From Raja brachyura (lineage: Eukaryota): DNA of 64,000 bases. The translations under genes were made by a program, and so were the position numbers. A model generated the notes under the pieces. It saw nothing but the letters and a program-made list of their open reading frames with translations, was not told where the DNA came from and did not search any database. Location of the stretch: positions 14,198,001 through 14,262,000 of the forward strand of contig OY740821.1 in NCBI GenBank assembly GCA_963514005.1. Reading direction: 5' to 3'. Shown piece by piece: positions 24,019-36,304 of this stretch. The stretch's first letter is position 1. Each line of letters opens with the position of its first letter.

Positions 24019-27000
24019 ATGATGTTGCAACTGTTGGTTTTAGCAAGCCTTGCCCTGCTTGGTAAGTACAGCTTCAATTAGTTTGCTACAAAAAGAGTTG
24101 CTCTATTTCTAATGCAGAAAAAACATTGCATTTTGCGCTTTTTTTGACAGCCAAGTACTTTAAAAAAAGTTTTATTTTTATTTATTAGAGGTACAGTAAA
24201 TGACATCAGTGTATGTCCCATATATATTATTACAATCACTGTACCCCTTAGTTTTTAAGGCTATTAAAAAAAGGAATAGAAACAGAGAAAGTGGGAGAGA
24301 ATTGTGAAAGTGAAGAAGCGTGACAAAGGGAAAGAAGAGAGAGCCCTTGGTCGAGGAGTTAGAGAAAGGAGATTAAGAGATAGACCCTAGAAAAGAAGAG
24401 AGAGAAAGAAGAAAAAAGGAAAATACTGTTACTTTATTGTAAACATCATGCAAAAGGAATTTACCAACTCGGCAATTTTTCATCCCCCTTTACCAACACC
24501 CGACGCTGGTACCTTTTTGAGGTACTATTGCACCCTATCCTTGTAGTAGATCTATAAATGCAGACCACGTCTTATAGAAACAATCTGATTTTCCTGCCAG
24601 GCGGAGTCTCATATCTTTCAGATGTAGTGTTTCAAACATAGTTGAAATCCACATATTTTTACCGTTGGTATGGGAGCATTTTTCCAGAATTTTAAGATGA
24701 GCTTTTTTCCAGTTATTAACCCGTATTCAAATAGATTCTTTTGAAACACATTTAATTCAGGGCTGCCTTCCGTTGTTCCAAAAATAATCCATTCTGCTTT
24801 TGGTGTCAGTTTTACGTTAAATAATTTTGTGAAGATTTCAAAAATTCCAGTCCAAAATTTTTGAATATTTATACAAAAGACAAATGAGTGCGCTATAGTA
24901 GCTTCTTGAGACTGGCATTTATCACAAATAGGTGAGACGTTGGGAACAGCCAAGTACTTTAAATGCCATTTAATGCATTGTAGCAATGATACGCAATGAT
25001 TTGATAAAAGCGGTTAATTACATGACAAGAGAAGCATGCAGCTACATAAGGGACACGGAGAAGCTGATCATCGGGGCAGTTTTGTCCATGGTCATGGGAG
25101 GCTTTTTATAGTAAAAAAACTGCATGACATTTTTATCCATGTGATGATATTTCCACACGTCAGTAGTCATTATTGGCTCAAGAGTAACTCGGGAGAGGAA
25201 CTTGGCACATCGCAGAAATGAGAAGTAAACGGCAAACTTAGACATAACCGTGGGAATTTGGTTAAACACTTGAACATAAACTTGGAATCTCGTACATAAC
25301 CACAAGTCTGATTTTCTCTTTCACTCGAGGTCACTCGTGGGTCAACTCGCACTGTGAGAAACATTAGTTGTTACTGACCAGAAAATTAAATGCCAGGCAG
25401 TTGCTATTTCAAATCAAATGAGTCTCGTGAAGAATAAAGTTTACTAAGGAGCAGTTGAACCAGATTGAAACTTTACGTAATTGACATCAAAGACAGCAGT
25501 CCTGGGAAAAGTTGAAGGTTCCATCTCCAGGTGACAATCTAGAATGCCCCATATCCAGTAGCAAATGCAGAAGGTCCTAGCTCCAGCAGAAAATCTAGAA
25601 GGTCCCATCTCCAGTCCTGCCTCCACTTGTGATATCAGATTGGAAACGCGTGAACAGAAGAACTGCTCAACCGCATTCCAAGAGAAACAGCAATGGATCA
25701 TAGAACCAGAGCAACTGAATCCTGTCGAATTTTCCACCTTTCCTGGTACCTTACGATTCCAAATGTATCAAAAGTATTGCAGGTTTATGTAATCAGCCTA
25801 TATATCATCGTCGTCGAACAACACTAAACTGTATGGTGAGTAAAATTGGACAATTCACTCAGACAGGGCACAAGAATGGGTAATAAAGAAGACAAAAATA
25901 TTGCTTTTTGATGCTTGGGAGAGGGTGATTAACATGTAGGCTTAAGTCTGAAGAAGGGTCTCGAGCCGAAACGTCACCCATTCCATCTATCCAGAGATGC
26001 TGTCTGTCCCGCTGAATTACTCCAGCATTTTGAGTCTATCTTCAGTTTAAACCAGCATGTGCAATTCCTTCCTACACATGTAGGCTTAAGTTTTGGAATC
26101 ACACAGAACTCCCATCATTCTATTCATGATCCGCACCGTATAAATATTCCAGCGGTCAGCGTCCTGACACTGAAGGATGGCTAATAATTTGTACTTAGTT
26201 TCTTTTATTTGCCTATTTGGCGCAGCCAATTTTCCTAGGACTAGATAAACTATTTTTAGTGCTGTTGCCTTGTTGTGCATATTATATTGCAGGAGCAGGG
26301 CATGGTGATGATGGTTCAATTGAGTGAAAAGCACATTTATTTACATAAAGGCTAATCAAACATGGAATGAACTTATGAACAAATTGCATGCTACATTCAA
26401 GAGACCTTAGGGTCTTTTGTAATGGATGAACTTGGGATAAATTATCTTCTTCATCTACGGCACGATGGCACAGCAGTAGAATTACTGCCTTGCAGTGCTT
26501 GCAGCTCCAGAGACCTGGGTTCGTTCCTGACTTTAGGTGCTGTCTGTACGGAGTTTGTATGTTCTACCCGTGACCCCGTGCATTTTCTCCGAGATCTTCA
26601 GTTTCCTCTCACACTCCAAAGACGCACATGTTTGTAGGTTAATTGGCTTGGCATAAATGTAAAATTGTCCCTAGTGTGTGTAGGATAGTGTTAATGCACA
26701 GGGATTACTGGTCAGTGTGGACTCGGTGGGCCGAAGGGCCTGCTTCCGCACTGTTTCTCTAAACTAAACTAAACTAAATTCATAAATAAGACAAATTGAA
26801 CAGTTCTACAGGTTAACAATTTGACCTGACCTGCTCTGGGACCTATTGAAATTTGAATTCTCACATTACTGATGGAATACAGTGCCTTTTACAGACTTCC
26901 CGAATACATGAATTTAATTTTAAGATAGCAAACGTCAGTAAAGATGTCATGAAAACATTTCATTTTCTCAATGTATACAGGGCTCTGTTCTGAAAACAAT

Positions 27001-30000
27001 CGAGTCATTGGAGGGACTGAGGCAAATCGCAATGCGTGGCCATGGCAGGTGAGAAAGATAAAACATCACCTCAACAACAACAACAACATAATCGTAGGCG
27101 CTCTATAAACTCAGAGAGAATGAAAATACTTGTATTAATAAGTCTCCATCACTTTTCTGTTTTCTGCCAGCTTTTCTAGCCACATTTTCTGTTTTTTTTA
27201 ATATGATTTTAACATGTGCCAGTCTAATCATTTTTTTCCCTTGACCAGATTTCTCTTCAAGGTCGGGCTGATTACTGGTACCACTCCTGTGGAGGGACTT
27301 TAATTCGTAACAGATGGGTGGTAACTGCTGCTCACTGTGTGGACAGGTGAATGATTTTGATTGGTACTATTTGTAATTTATAACCTATTCGCTGAGATCA
27401 GCCTGAGCCTCTGCAGGTGTAGTTTAGTTCAGTTTAGTTTAGATATACAGAGTGGAAACAGGCCTTTTTGCCCACCCAGTCTGCGCCGACCAGCAAACAT
27501 CCTTGCACTAGTTCTGGTCCGACACGCTAGGGACAATTTACACGCCAATTAACCTACAAACCTGCGCGTCTTTGGAATGTGGGAGGTAGCCGGAGCACAT
27601 TCAAACTCCGTATAGACAGCACCCACAGTCAGGATAGACCCCAAGTCTCTGGCGCTATAAGGCAGCAACTCTACCTCTGCACCATTGTGCTGGTAAAATC
27701 CAAAAGAGCAACAGAACCCAAAACTCCTTGAAACATTTATTAAGGCTAAATATGTGCAAGCACTAGAAATAAGATACAGTAAAACTCCATCGCAGGTGAT
27801 AAACTATTGACCAACATCCACTATAAATCCACTGACTCCCATGGCTATCTGGACTACACTTCTTCCCACCCTGCTTCCTGTAAGGACTCCATCTCCTACT
27901 CCCAATTCCTCCAACTACGCCGCATCTGTACCCAAGATGAGGTGTTCCACACCAGGACATCAGAGATGTCCTCTCTTCAGGGAACGGGGGTTCCCCTCTT
28001 CTACTAGAGATGAGGCTCTCACCAGGGTCTCTTCTGTACCCCATCACTCTGCTCTCACTCCCCATCCCCCCACTCGTAACAAGGGCCGAGCCCCCCTTGT
28101 CCTCACCATCCACCCTACCAGCCGTCACATACAACAAATAGAACAAATAATCCTCTGACATTTTAGCCACCTCCAACGTGATCCCATCACTGCCACATCT
28201 TCCCATCACCTCCCCTGTCTGCTTTCCGTAGAGACCACTCCCTCAGTAACTCCCTGGTCAATTCGTCCCTTCCCACCCGCACCACCCCATCTCCGGGCAG
28301 TTTTCCTTGCAACCGCAAGAAATGCTACACTTGTCGCTTTACCACCCCCCTTGACTCCATTCAAGGACCCAAGCAGTCTTTCCAGGTGCGGCAGAGGTTC
28401 ACCTGCACCTCCTCCAACCTCATCTATTGCATCCGCTGCTCTAGAAGTCAGCTGCTCTACATCGGCGAGACCAAGCGTAGGCTTGGCGATCGCCTCGCCA
28501 AACACCTCCGCTCGGTTCGCAATAAAGGGCCTGTCCCACTTTCACGACCTCTGCCGAGTTTGCCCTCGACTCATACTCGCAGCATGGTCGTCACAAGGTC
28601 ATAGGTAGGTCATAGCAGGCCATGATGCTAGTCGTAGGTACTCGTGGCATCAAGTAGGTCGGGGCGTTTTTTCTAGCCTGATGAAAAATGTCCACGAGTA
28701 AAAAAGGTTGTGAATTAGGTCGTGAAAGTGGGACAGGCCCTTAACTAACTTGATCTCCCGGTGGCTCAGCACTTCAACTCCCCTTCCCATTCCGAATCTG
28801 ACCTTTCTGTCCTGTGCCTCCTGCATGGCCAGAGTGAGGACCACCGTAAATTGGAGGAGCAGCACCTCATATTTCGCTTGGGCAGTTTGCACCCCAACGG
28901 TTTGAACATTGACTTCTCTAATTTCAGGTAGTCCCTACTTTCTCCTCCCCTTCTCAGCTCTCCCTCAGCCACTGGCTCCACCTGCCCCCCCCCCCCCCCC
29001 CCACACCCTCACATCAGTCTGAAGAAGGGTTTCAACCCAAAACGTTGCCTATTTCCTTCACTCCATATATACTGCATGAACCGCAGAGTTTCTCCATCAT
29101 TCCTGTCTACCTTCGATTTTCCAGAATCTGCAGTTCCTTTTTAAACATACAGTAAAACTCTGTTCCTTTGGCATGCTTAGAGCTCCTGTGAATTTCAAGG
29201 GAGCACAGGAAACGTCACCAGTGAGCTGGATGCAAACCATCGGGATTTCCAAATAATGGGATAGCAGATTATCTATGTTTTACAATATTGCAGGAAACTA
29301 CAAAAAGTGATGGTATAAAATACTGTATCACACCATTCACTAATCTGATTTATGTACTTCAACACCCTTATGCAGCTTTGACTTGACTGTAACTGTAATT
29401 TCAATTCATATATTCTTTCTAGCTCCGACTCTCAACACAACTCACTCTGGTGATCACTCGAGCTCTTGTGCATGTGTGAGCTGTGTAAAACTAATTTCAC
29501 TGTGCAGTGCATACATGACAATAAAGAACCATTGAACCATAGGCGTTTGTTTCCTGAGTACAGCTGATCAGTCGTCCAGTTTTTTCGCAAACTGCCCTTT
29601 AACTTTAACACACGCACCTCTCACCCAGGTAATCAATGAGAGGTGTCTGTTTCTTTGCATAAAAGTGATGAGTCCTGTCTTGTGAGCTACCCAGACTTAT
29701 TCTGAACCCTCCATATTTTACAGTGCAAAAAAATCACAACTGCAATAATTTGATCAATACACACTTAACATGATTTTGTGATGCCATCAGTATCTTAATG
29801 TTTGCTGTGAGTCTGGGAAATGTTTTTTTTCCTATCCTGTGTCAGTAAATAAGTTTACTACATTTTCAGAGGAAGGCAATGCACTACATTCTGTGAAAAT
29901 ATTCCCAAACCTTTCCACCTTTGTAATTTTGAAATCTGTGTTTGTGTCCTAAGTATTTGGTTCTTCCCATTTCCCTCCCTTTCTCCAGATCGTTGTCTTT

Positions 30001-33000
30001 CCAATCTATTCATTCGGTTTCCTCCCAAACTCCAAAGACGTACATGTTTGTAGGTAAATTGGGTTGGTGTAAGTGTAAATCGTCCGTAGTGTGTGTAGGA
30101 TAGTGTTAGTGTGCGGGGATCATTAGTCGATGGGGACACGGTGGGCCGAAGGGCCTGTTTCCGTGCTGTGTCTCTAAAGTAAATTAAACTAATAAAATGT
30201 AGGGCATTCCGTTGCTGAAGCCACCTTCCCGCACACCAATCTACCCTTGCCAATCCATTTTGGTTAAAGTAGGTATGTTACAAAACTTACCTTTACCGGC
30301 GCTGCACTTCTGCCGCTCCCCGTGTGCGCGACTTTCGCGCCTTGCAGAGGGGGGCGGGCTTAAAGTGCCGTTTTTCCACAGGCCTGGATAATCGATGAAT
30401 GTCGGGCGATTTGGTTGCTGAAGAAAAATCGCTCCGACATTTAATGAATGGTGGTATTTTTAAATTACTCTAGATTATTTATTAACTAGAGTAATTTAAA
30501 AATCACCTTCAAAAGCCGTGAGCGCAGACAACCGGAAGCATTTTGCGTAGGGGAGAAAAAAAGGTAAATACTTTATTTTTATATTAAAAGTTGGTTTTTC
30601 GGGAGGCATTAATAATATTTTTATGTTGCGAAATGGGGTCCCCAAAAAATGTATGAACCCCCAATATTTTTCCCCCCGACTTCACTGCTAACCGCAACGT
30701 TCCAATCCACTGCATTCCACTAAAACCCACTCGCTAGTTGATTTAAATGGCCATTAATTTACAGGCATTAAACACTAAATTCCTTCCATTTGGCCCAGAA
30801 ATTCATGAAAATGAAATTTAAAAATTATGTTATATTGTGGATTATTGTGTGAATGTTATTTGGACACTTAGGCAATTTTAAAAAAGTTTATCTTTTCTTA
30901 AGAAATGGATAGATGCTTAGATCTACTCATTGAATTTTGTAATTAGCTACAATTAGATAACTAACTAATTATATGCTTTAATTTCAGGTAATCCAAGTAA
31001 GATTGTTTAATATTTGTTTCAGAATGCTTCAATCTATAATAACTGAAAATTTCATTGAGTTCTCTTAATTTTTAAGAATGTTGCGGACTTTTAACTTTTC
31101 CAGATCACAGCTTTTGAGTTCAGTCAATTGAAAGGCAATGGGAAGCAAGATGCTCATTTCCGAGTATGAAAATGGCCATAACTTTCTTAATACTGAAGAT
31201 ATGAAAGTAAATTAGGTGTCAAATTAAACTTCTTTTTATGCTTTATCTGATGGGATAAATTGCAGACTTGATTTTTAAAATCTCAAAATTTTGTAACATT
31301 GCTAGTTAAAGTGACTTTTGTTTTCACTTACAGTCCAGGTATAACACGCCGTGTGGTCCTGGGTGATCACAACCTTTATGAGGATGACAAAACCGAACAG
31401 TACATTTCCGTACAACATGTCATCATTCATGAAGGTTGGAATGGTGATCTTGCTCTTGGGTATGTAACAATATCATATTTTGGACCATTGCATATTGTGT
31501 TGACATTTGTGTTGTTCCAAATAACTTGTGTTGACAAGTTATTTTGAATAACTTTTGAATTTTGAATAACTAGTCTATTACAGCCGCTACTCGAATCACA
31601 AGCTCATAAAAACACCATTGATGTGGAATTACCAATGACTCATTGATAACTTTGTGTAGCAAAAAAAATATATGCCCACACATCGATTCTTCAGTGGTCC
31701 ACCACTCACACTCGTACCACATTTAATGGAACGTGTGCGTCTGTGTGTGAGAGGGAGGCATTCATCTCCTACACAGATCTTTCACCGAAGCATTTGAGAA
31801 GATGAGTGTTACATTCAACATCCAAAAGATAAAGGTCTTCTACTAATCTACCTCACTACACCATGTCAACGGCCTGGAAAACATGCACCGCTTCCCATGT
31901 CTAAGAAGCCGCCTCTCAGAAAAGGTAGACATTCATATGAAATACACCACTGCCTTCAATGAACCAGAACAAACGTTGGTCAATTGAGAAAAAGGAGTAT
32001 TTGAAGGTCAAGATGTCGTCACTCGCATGACTGACAAAGTAGACCATGACCAATATATCACCATGAACTAACAATCCACCCACCCCATCAGCCGCCAACT
32101 GCCCCATCTGTGGAAGAGTCTGCCGTTCCTACATTGGTCTCATAAACCAGCTCAGACCCACAAACCAGAGTGGTCGTACATCATCCTTGATCCCAAGGAG
32201 ATGCCTCAGAAAAAGAAGAAGATGCTGACACATGGTCGTATGTATGAGGTAACAGAGGGGACTGCAGTTTGAAGGACAGTATTTAAGAGAGGAAGGGTGA
32301 ACAACAAGGAAAGAACCTAAAACTGAATGTAATCCTAATTGTAGGCACTCGCCTTACCATGCATTTGCAACACGAGTTAAAAAATAAAATAGACACTAAT
32401 GCTGCAAATCCATTTTTAATAGGAATGATATTGCGCTGCTTTACCTGGCGCAGGATGCTGTCCTGAACCAATTTGTCCAGCTTGGAAATTTGCCCGATGC
32501 AGGTGCTACCTTACCAAATGACTATCTATGTTACGTCACTGGCTGGGGCTACACTTACAGTAAGTCATTTCAGAATCATGTGCATTTGTGCATCTCTTTC
32601 CTTCCCATAAATGAGTGGGTGATGGTTGGCTCAATGGCTCCAACATAAATAATGACCAGGATTTTTATCTTCACCGCAATATGTAATCTGATCATGGTAA
32701 GGATTTCTGACCTTGTGTTCTTTAGCTTTTTTCCAGAAGGGCTACAGCAGCCTCTACCAGGGAGTTAGCCAGGAGGGGGTCACAGAGACTGTGCAGGAAA
32801 GGTCATATAGTAGTATGAAATGGTCAACAACTTTGTACCATTCTCTCTGCAAATGACATCACCATGGACTTTGCTACTTAACATATTACAGGGCCTTTAT
32901 TTTCTTATGGTGACACACAATGGGTTATCTCTCATGTCCAGCATTGCTTTAGCAAATGGAGTACTGATTCCGCCAAAGCAGAGATGGTTGAAAACTTCAC

Positions 33001-36000
33001 ATTTCTAGGAGTAAATATATCACCAGCAAAATGTCCTGGACCACCCATATTGAAGCAATGTCCAAGAAAGAACACTAATGCCTCGACTTCCTGAGAAGGC
33101 TTAGGAAGTTTGGCATGTTCCAACAACTCTCACCAACTTCTACAGATGGACTGTAGAAAACATTTTATCGGGATGCATCACAATATGCTCTATAGAAGAC
33201 CGTAGGAAATTGCAGAGAATTCTGGATGCAGCCCAGATCATCACACAAACCTACCTCCCTTCCATTGACTCAATTTACACCTCACACTGCCTCGGCAAGT
33301 CCACCAGCAAAATCAAGGATGAGTCGCACCCTGGCCACTCCCTATTCTCTCCTCTCCATCAGGCAAGAGGTACAGAAGTGTGAAAATGTACACTAGATTC
33401 AGGAACTGTTTCTTCCCAACTATTATCAGGCAACTAAACCATTCTACCATCAACTAGACAGCAGTCCTGAGCCACTATCTAACTCATTGGACACCCTTAG
33501 ACTATCTTTGATCGGACTTTACCTTGCACTAAATGTTATTCACATTATTCCCTTTATCATGTCTCTATACACTGTGGATGGCTTGATTGTAATCATGTAT
33601 TGTCTTTCTGCTGACTGGTTAGCATGCAACAAAAGCTTTTCACTGTACCTTGGTACACGTGACAACAGACTAAACTCAACTAAACTGCAAATTGCTTCAC
33701 ATGTGTTGGAAGTGGAAGTGAAAGTGGGATAACATGGAACTTGTGTGAACGGATGATCAATGGTCAGCGTGGACTCGATGGGTTGAAGGGTGGTATCTCC
33801 AAAGTAAACTAATTAATAAAGCGGCAGTCCTTATTTTCACTTCTATGTTTTTGTAAAACCTAGCTATATATTTTTCATCTTGTTTTAAGGAATTTGTGGT
33901 TTCTGAAGTTTAAAGTAAGTGTGCTTGTTTAGGCACATGCCTAAAGTAAACCAGACTGATCCCCCGGGGCTATAATTTTCTTCAAGCTCCTTGCCATGTA
34001 ATGGTCAAAAGGATGGCTTCAGACAAAAAGGCAATATGATGCTGGATTACCGTCTAAAATATCATGTGGAATATAATAATAACTAATGACAAAAATGCAA
34101 TAGCAATACAGAATTTCTTCTCTTGATGCAGACAATGGATATGTTAGTCCTACTCTTCAACAAGCTCCTATCAAGGTTGTTTCCTATGAAGTATGCTCAC
34201 AGCCTGACTGGTGGAGCCACTATGTCAACACAAATATGGTGTGTGCTGGAGGTGACGGCATCACTTCTGGTTGTCAGGTAATAAACTTAGCTACTCGCTT
34301 TCAATGGAAGGACATTGCAACAATTCCCAAAGTTTAGACACCACTTACACCTCTATCTTTTATTAACTTCAACTGGCTTCCTTATCAAGTATTCCATGAG
34401 CTCCCTCTCGTTTTTACTGACACAAACTTCCCAATTGTTTCTTCAAAGTCCTCAACATAGTTCAGTACTCACATAAACTGTCTCAGAACATGGTAGGTTC
34501 CAATTGCACTCCAGAGACGTGAACATTTAATCAGGGTTGGTACCTTGTGCTGCTCAGAAGGAGTGCCATACTCTTGGAGGTATCATCTTTCTGCTAAACC
34601 ATAAGAATGAGGCTTTTTCTGGCTTAGTGGGTGGACATAAAAGATCACTTGACTATTTTGAAAAGGAGCAGGGGAATTCTCCCCAGTGTTCTGCAACTTG
34701 TTCATTATTTTCTCTGTTGTCGTTCTCTTGCTGTCAGCAATTTCTTGCTGACATATCAGTCCTTACTTCACTTCCATTATCTTTTGCAAATATGTCTCTT
34801 CATTTTCCCCAAATACAATGTTCTTTTGCTTTTTCTGTTCCTTCCCATTCATTTTCCTTTTTGTGTATGACTCTTGATTTCAATTACCTTTTAAAATGTA
34901 ATAATATATTTTATAAACCAGTCTGAGAGATTGAAAGTAATGATTTCACCAACTTTCCTCAAAGGGAGATTCTGGAGGTCCTCTGAATTGTGAGCAGAAT
35001 GGTATTTACCATGTCCATGGAGCCACAAGCTTTGGAGCTGCAGCAGGATGTGACATGTTCATGAAACCAACAGTATGGACCCGCTTCTCAGCTTACATCG
35101 ACTGGATCAATACTGTACGTTAGCTTTGGATTTCCATTATAATTTTATGTTTCATACAAGATGCTACTACAAGCACCACTTATTTTATGTGAGGGTCACC
35201 TTCTTAAAAATCAGTGCTTATCTCAAAAATGCATAAATTAAGCATAAGAATGTATGCAAGTGGTACAAGTTAAAGGAAAAGCCATATAAGCATCTACATC
35301 ACACAATAAATAGTTCATTTATGACAAGCATTATTATTTTACCTTACTCATTAATAAAGAAAAAAGTTAATAAAGTAAAAACAGAGATGTTAAAAGATTG
35401 AGAGGGGAAGATAAACAACTTCAATATGTTGGTTGATGGAGAAAACAGAGTTTCGCACTAAAAAGATGTGTGAAATACAGCAAGTTGAAATAAACACGCA
35501 CCAAGCAAAGATGACGCAGACAAAAAGTGAGAAAGTGGTAAGTGTATTGTACAGTATCTTGCAAGGCATCGCACATGACTACGCTGTTAGGCGTGGATTT
35601 GAGTGCATTATTTCAAGAATACGAGTGCGTAAATTAGGCGTTGGTATTAATTATACAAGCACACTATTCCAAAAATGTATGGATCAAACACGTATAAAAC
35701 GTGATATGCCTGTATTCTGATTTATTGCACCTTGCACAGAGCTTTCCGTGATGGGATCATGGGATCTCATCTTCATTATGGCTTCCTTAATGATTATCCA
35801 TCCATTTAAATCTGAAATTACTTACAGAGGGAAATGGATTGGGGGAAATGCAGAGATGCTGATTAACACGATAAATACACGCAAACAAGGGAAATACAGC
35901 CTCTAGTAAATGTCCAAGCAATACTAAACATCAGAGGTGTAGTCAGGGTAGAAATGCTGGAAATAAAGTAAATGTGTTTTCCCCCAATGTTCCACTGAAG

Positions 36001-36304
36001 TTGCAGCGAGAGATTAGAAATTCAATAGACAATAGACAATAGGTGCAGGAGTAGGCCATTCAATGTGATCATGGCTGATCATCCCCAATCAGTACTCCGT
36101 TCCTGCCTTCTACCCATATCCACTGACTCCGCTATCTTTAAGAGCCCTATCTAGCTCTCTCTTGAAATTCTTAAGGAAATTCTACTCAACTCCACCTCAC
36201 CCAACACATCTGTAAGTCATGTTCCTGTTCAAATCCAGATCAAAGCATTTCAGAAATATTAATGAAAATCATGTTTTATTTTCCAGAAAATCGCTTATTA
36301 TTAA
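24019..36304 (+). CDS. CELA1: Chymotrypsin-like elastase 1-like, copy B, 260-261 aa: join(24019..24061,26981..27048,27249..27346,31334..31459,32423..32559,34132..34277,34965..35114,36287..36304)
   Basis: Same 8-exon structure and phases as copy A. ATGATG start (24019 or 24022). Catalytic triad intact (TAAHC, NDIAL, GDSGGP). S1 residues S189/G216/T226. Ends KIAYY*. AATAAA at 36370. Confidence 0.92.
24165..24945 (-). mobile_element. L1/Tx1-type LINE 3' fragment with 18-bp TSD
   Basis: ORF2 zinc knuckle [21 protein letters not shown]...FW. TSD acagccaagtactttaaa at 24147-24164 and 24946-24963. Confidence 0.85.
25945..25978 (+). ncRNA. Minimal type I hammerhead ribozyme-like motif (Penelope-associated)
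   Basis: agt-CTGAAGA-agggtctcgagcc-GAAA-C-GTC-acc: catalytic boxes CUGANGA and GAAA, a stem II hairpin, a loopless palindromic stem III (ACGT), and a GUC cleavage triplet. Confidence 0.6.
25947..26075 (+). mobile_element. 129-bp Penelope terminal insertion with a hammerhead-like core and 15-bp TSD
   Basis: TSD acatgtaggcttaag at 25932-25946 and 26076-26090. The empty site is in copy A near 8997-9011. Confidence 0.85.
26458..26780 (+). mobile_element. HE1/V-SINE-like SINE, full length
   Basis: tRNA-derived head with A/B-box-like motifs (tggcacagcagtag...ggttcgttcct), a conserved core, a CR1-type tail and (ctaaa)n. Confidence 0.8.
27421..27690 (-). mobile_element. HE1/V-SINE-like SINE
   Basis: (tttag)n tail at the left, followed by the reverse complement of the SINE body. 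Confidence 0.75.
27788..29146 (+). mobile_element. Penelope-like retroelement (5'-truncated RT end + GIY-YIG endonuclease), 14-bp TSD
   Basis: [17 protein letters not shown]...[11 protein letters not shown] (RT thumb) and [14 protein letters not shown]...[13 protein letters not shown] (GIY-YIG). TSD atacagtaaaactc at 27774-27787 and 29147-29160. Confidence 0.9.
28526..28741. mobile_element. PIF/Harbinger-type MITE nested in the Penelope element
   Basis: 25-bp TIR AGGGCCTGTCCCACTTTCACGACCT and its reverse complement, with a TAA TSD on both sides. Confidence 0.85.
30270..31304. mobile_element. Non-autonomous DNA transposon, copy 2 (7-bp TSD gttaaag)
   Basis: TAGGTATGTTACAAAA ... TTTTGTAACATTGCTA. 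gttaaag at 30263-30269 and 31305-31311. A single gttaaag is at the empty paralogous site near 11471. Confidence 0.9.
32950..33690 (+). mobile_element. Rex1/Babar-like LINE 3' fragment in intron 5 of copy B
   Basis: Decayed FLRRLRKFG...NFYR..VE..LSGCIT..., followed by a gtgacaac..actaaact tail. Confidence 0.7.

Noticed and set aside
26458-26535. tRNA gene
   Set aside because: It is the tRNA-derived head of a SINE, continuing into the SINE core and tail; no proper cloverleaf.
35828-35866. Alternative last exon for elastase copy B (ttacag|[12 protein letters not shown])
   Set aside because: It has no counterpart in copy A. The 36287-36304 exon is conserved in both copies and followed by AATAAA.
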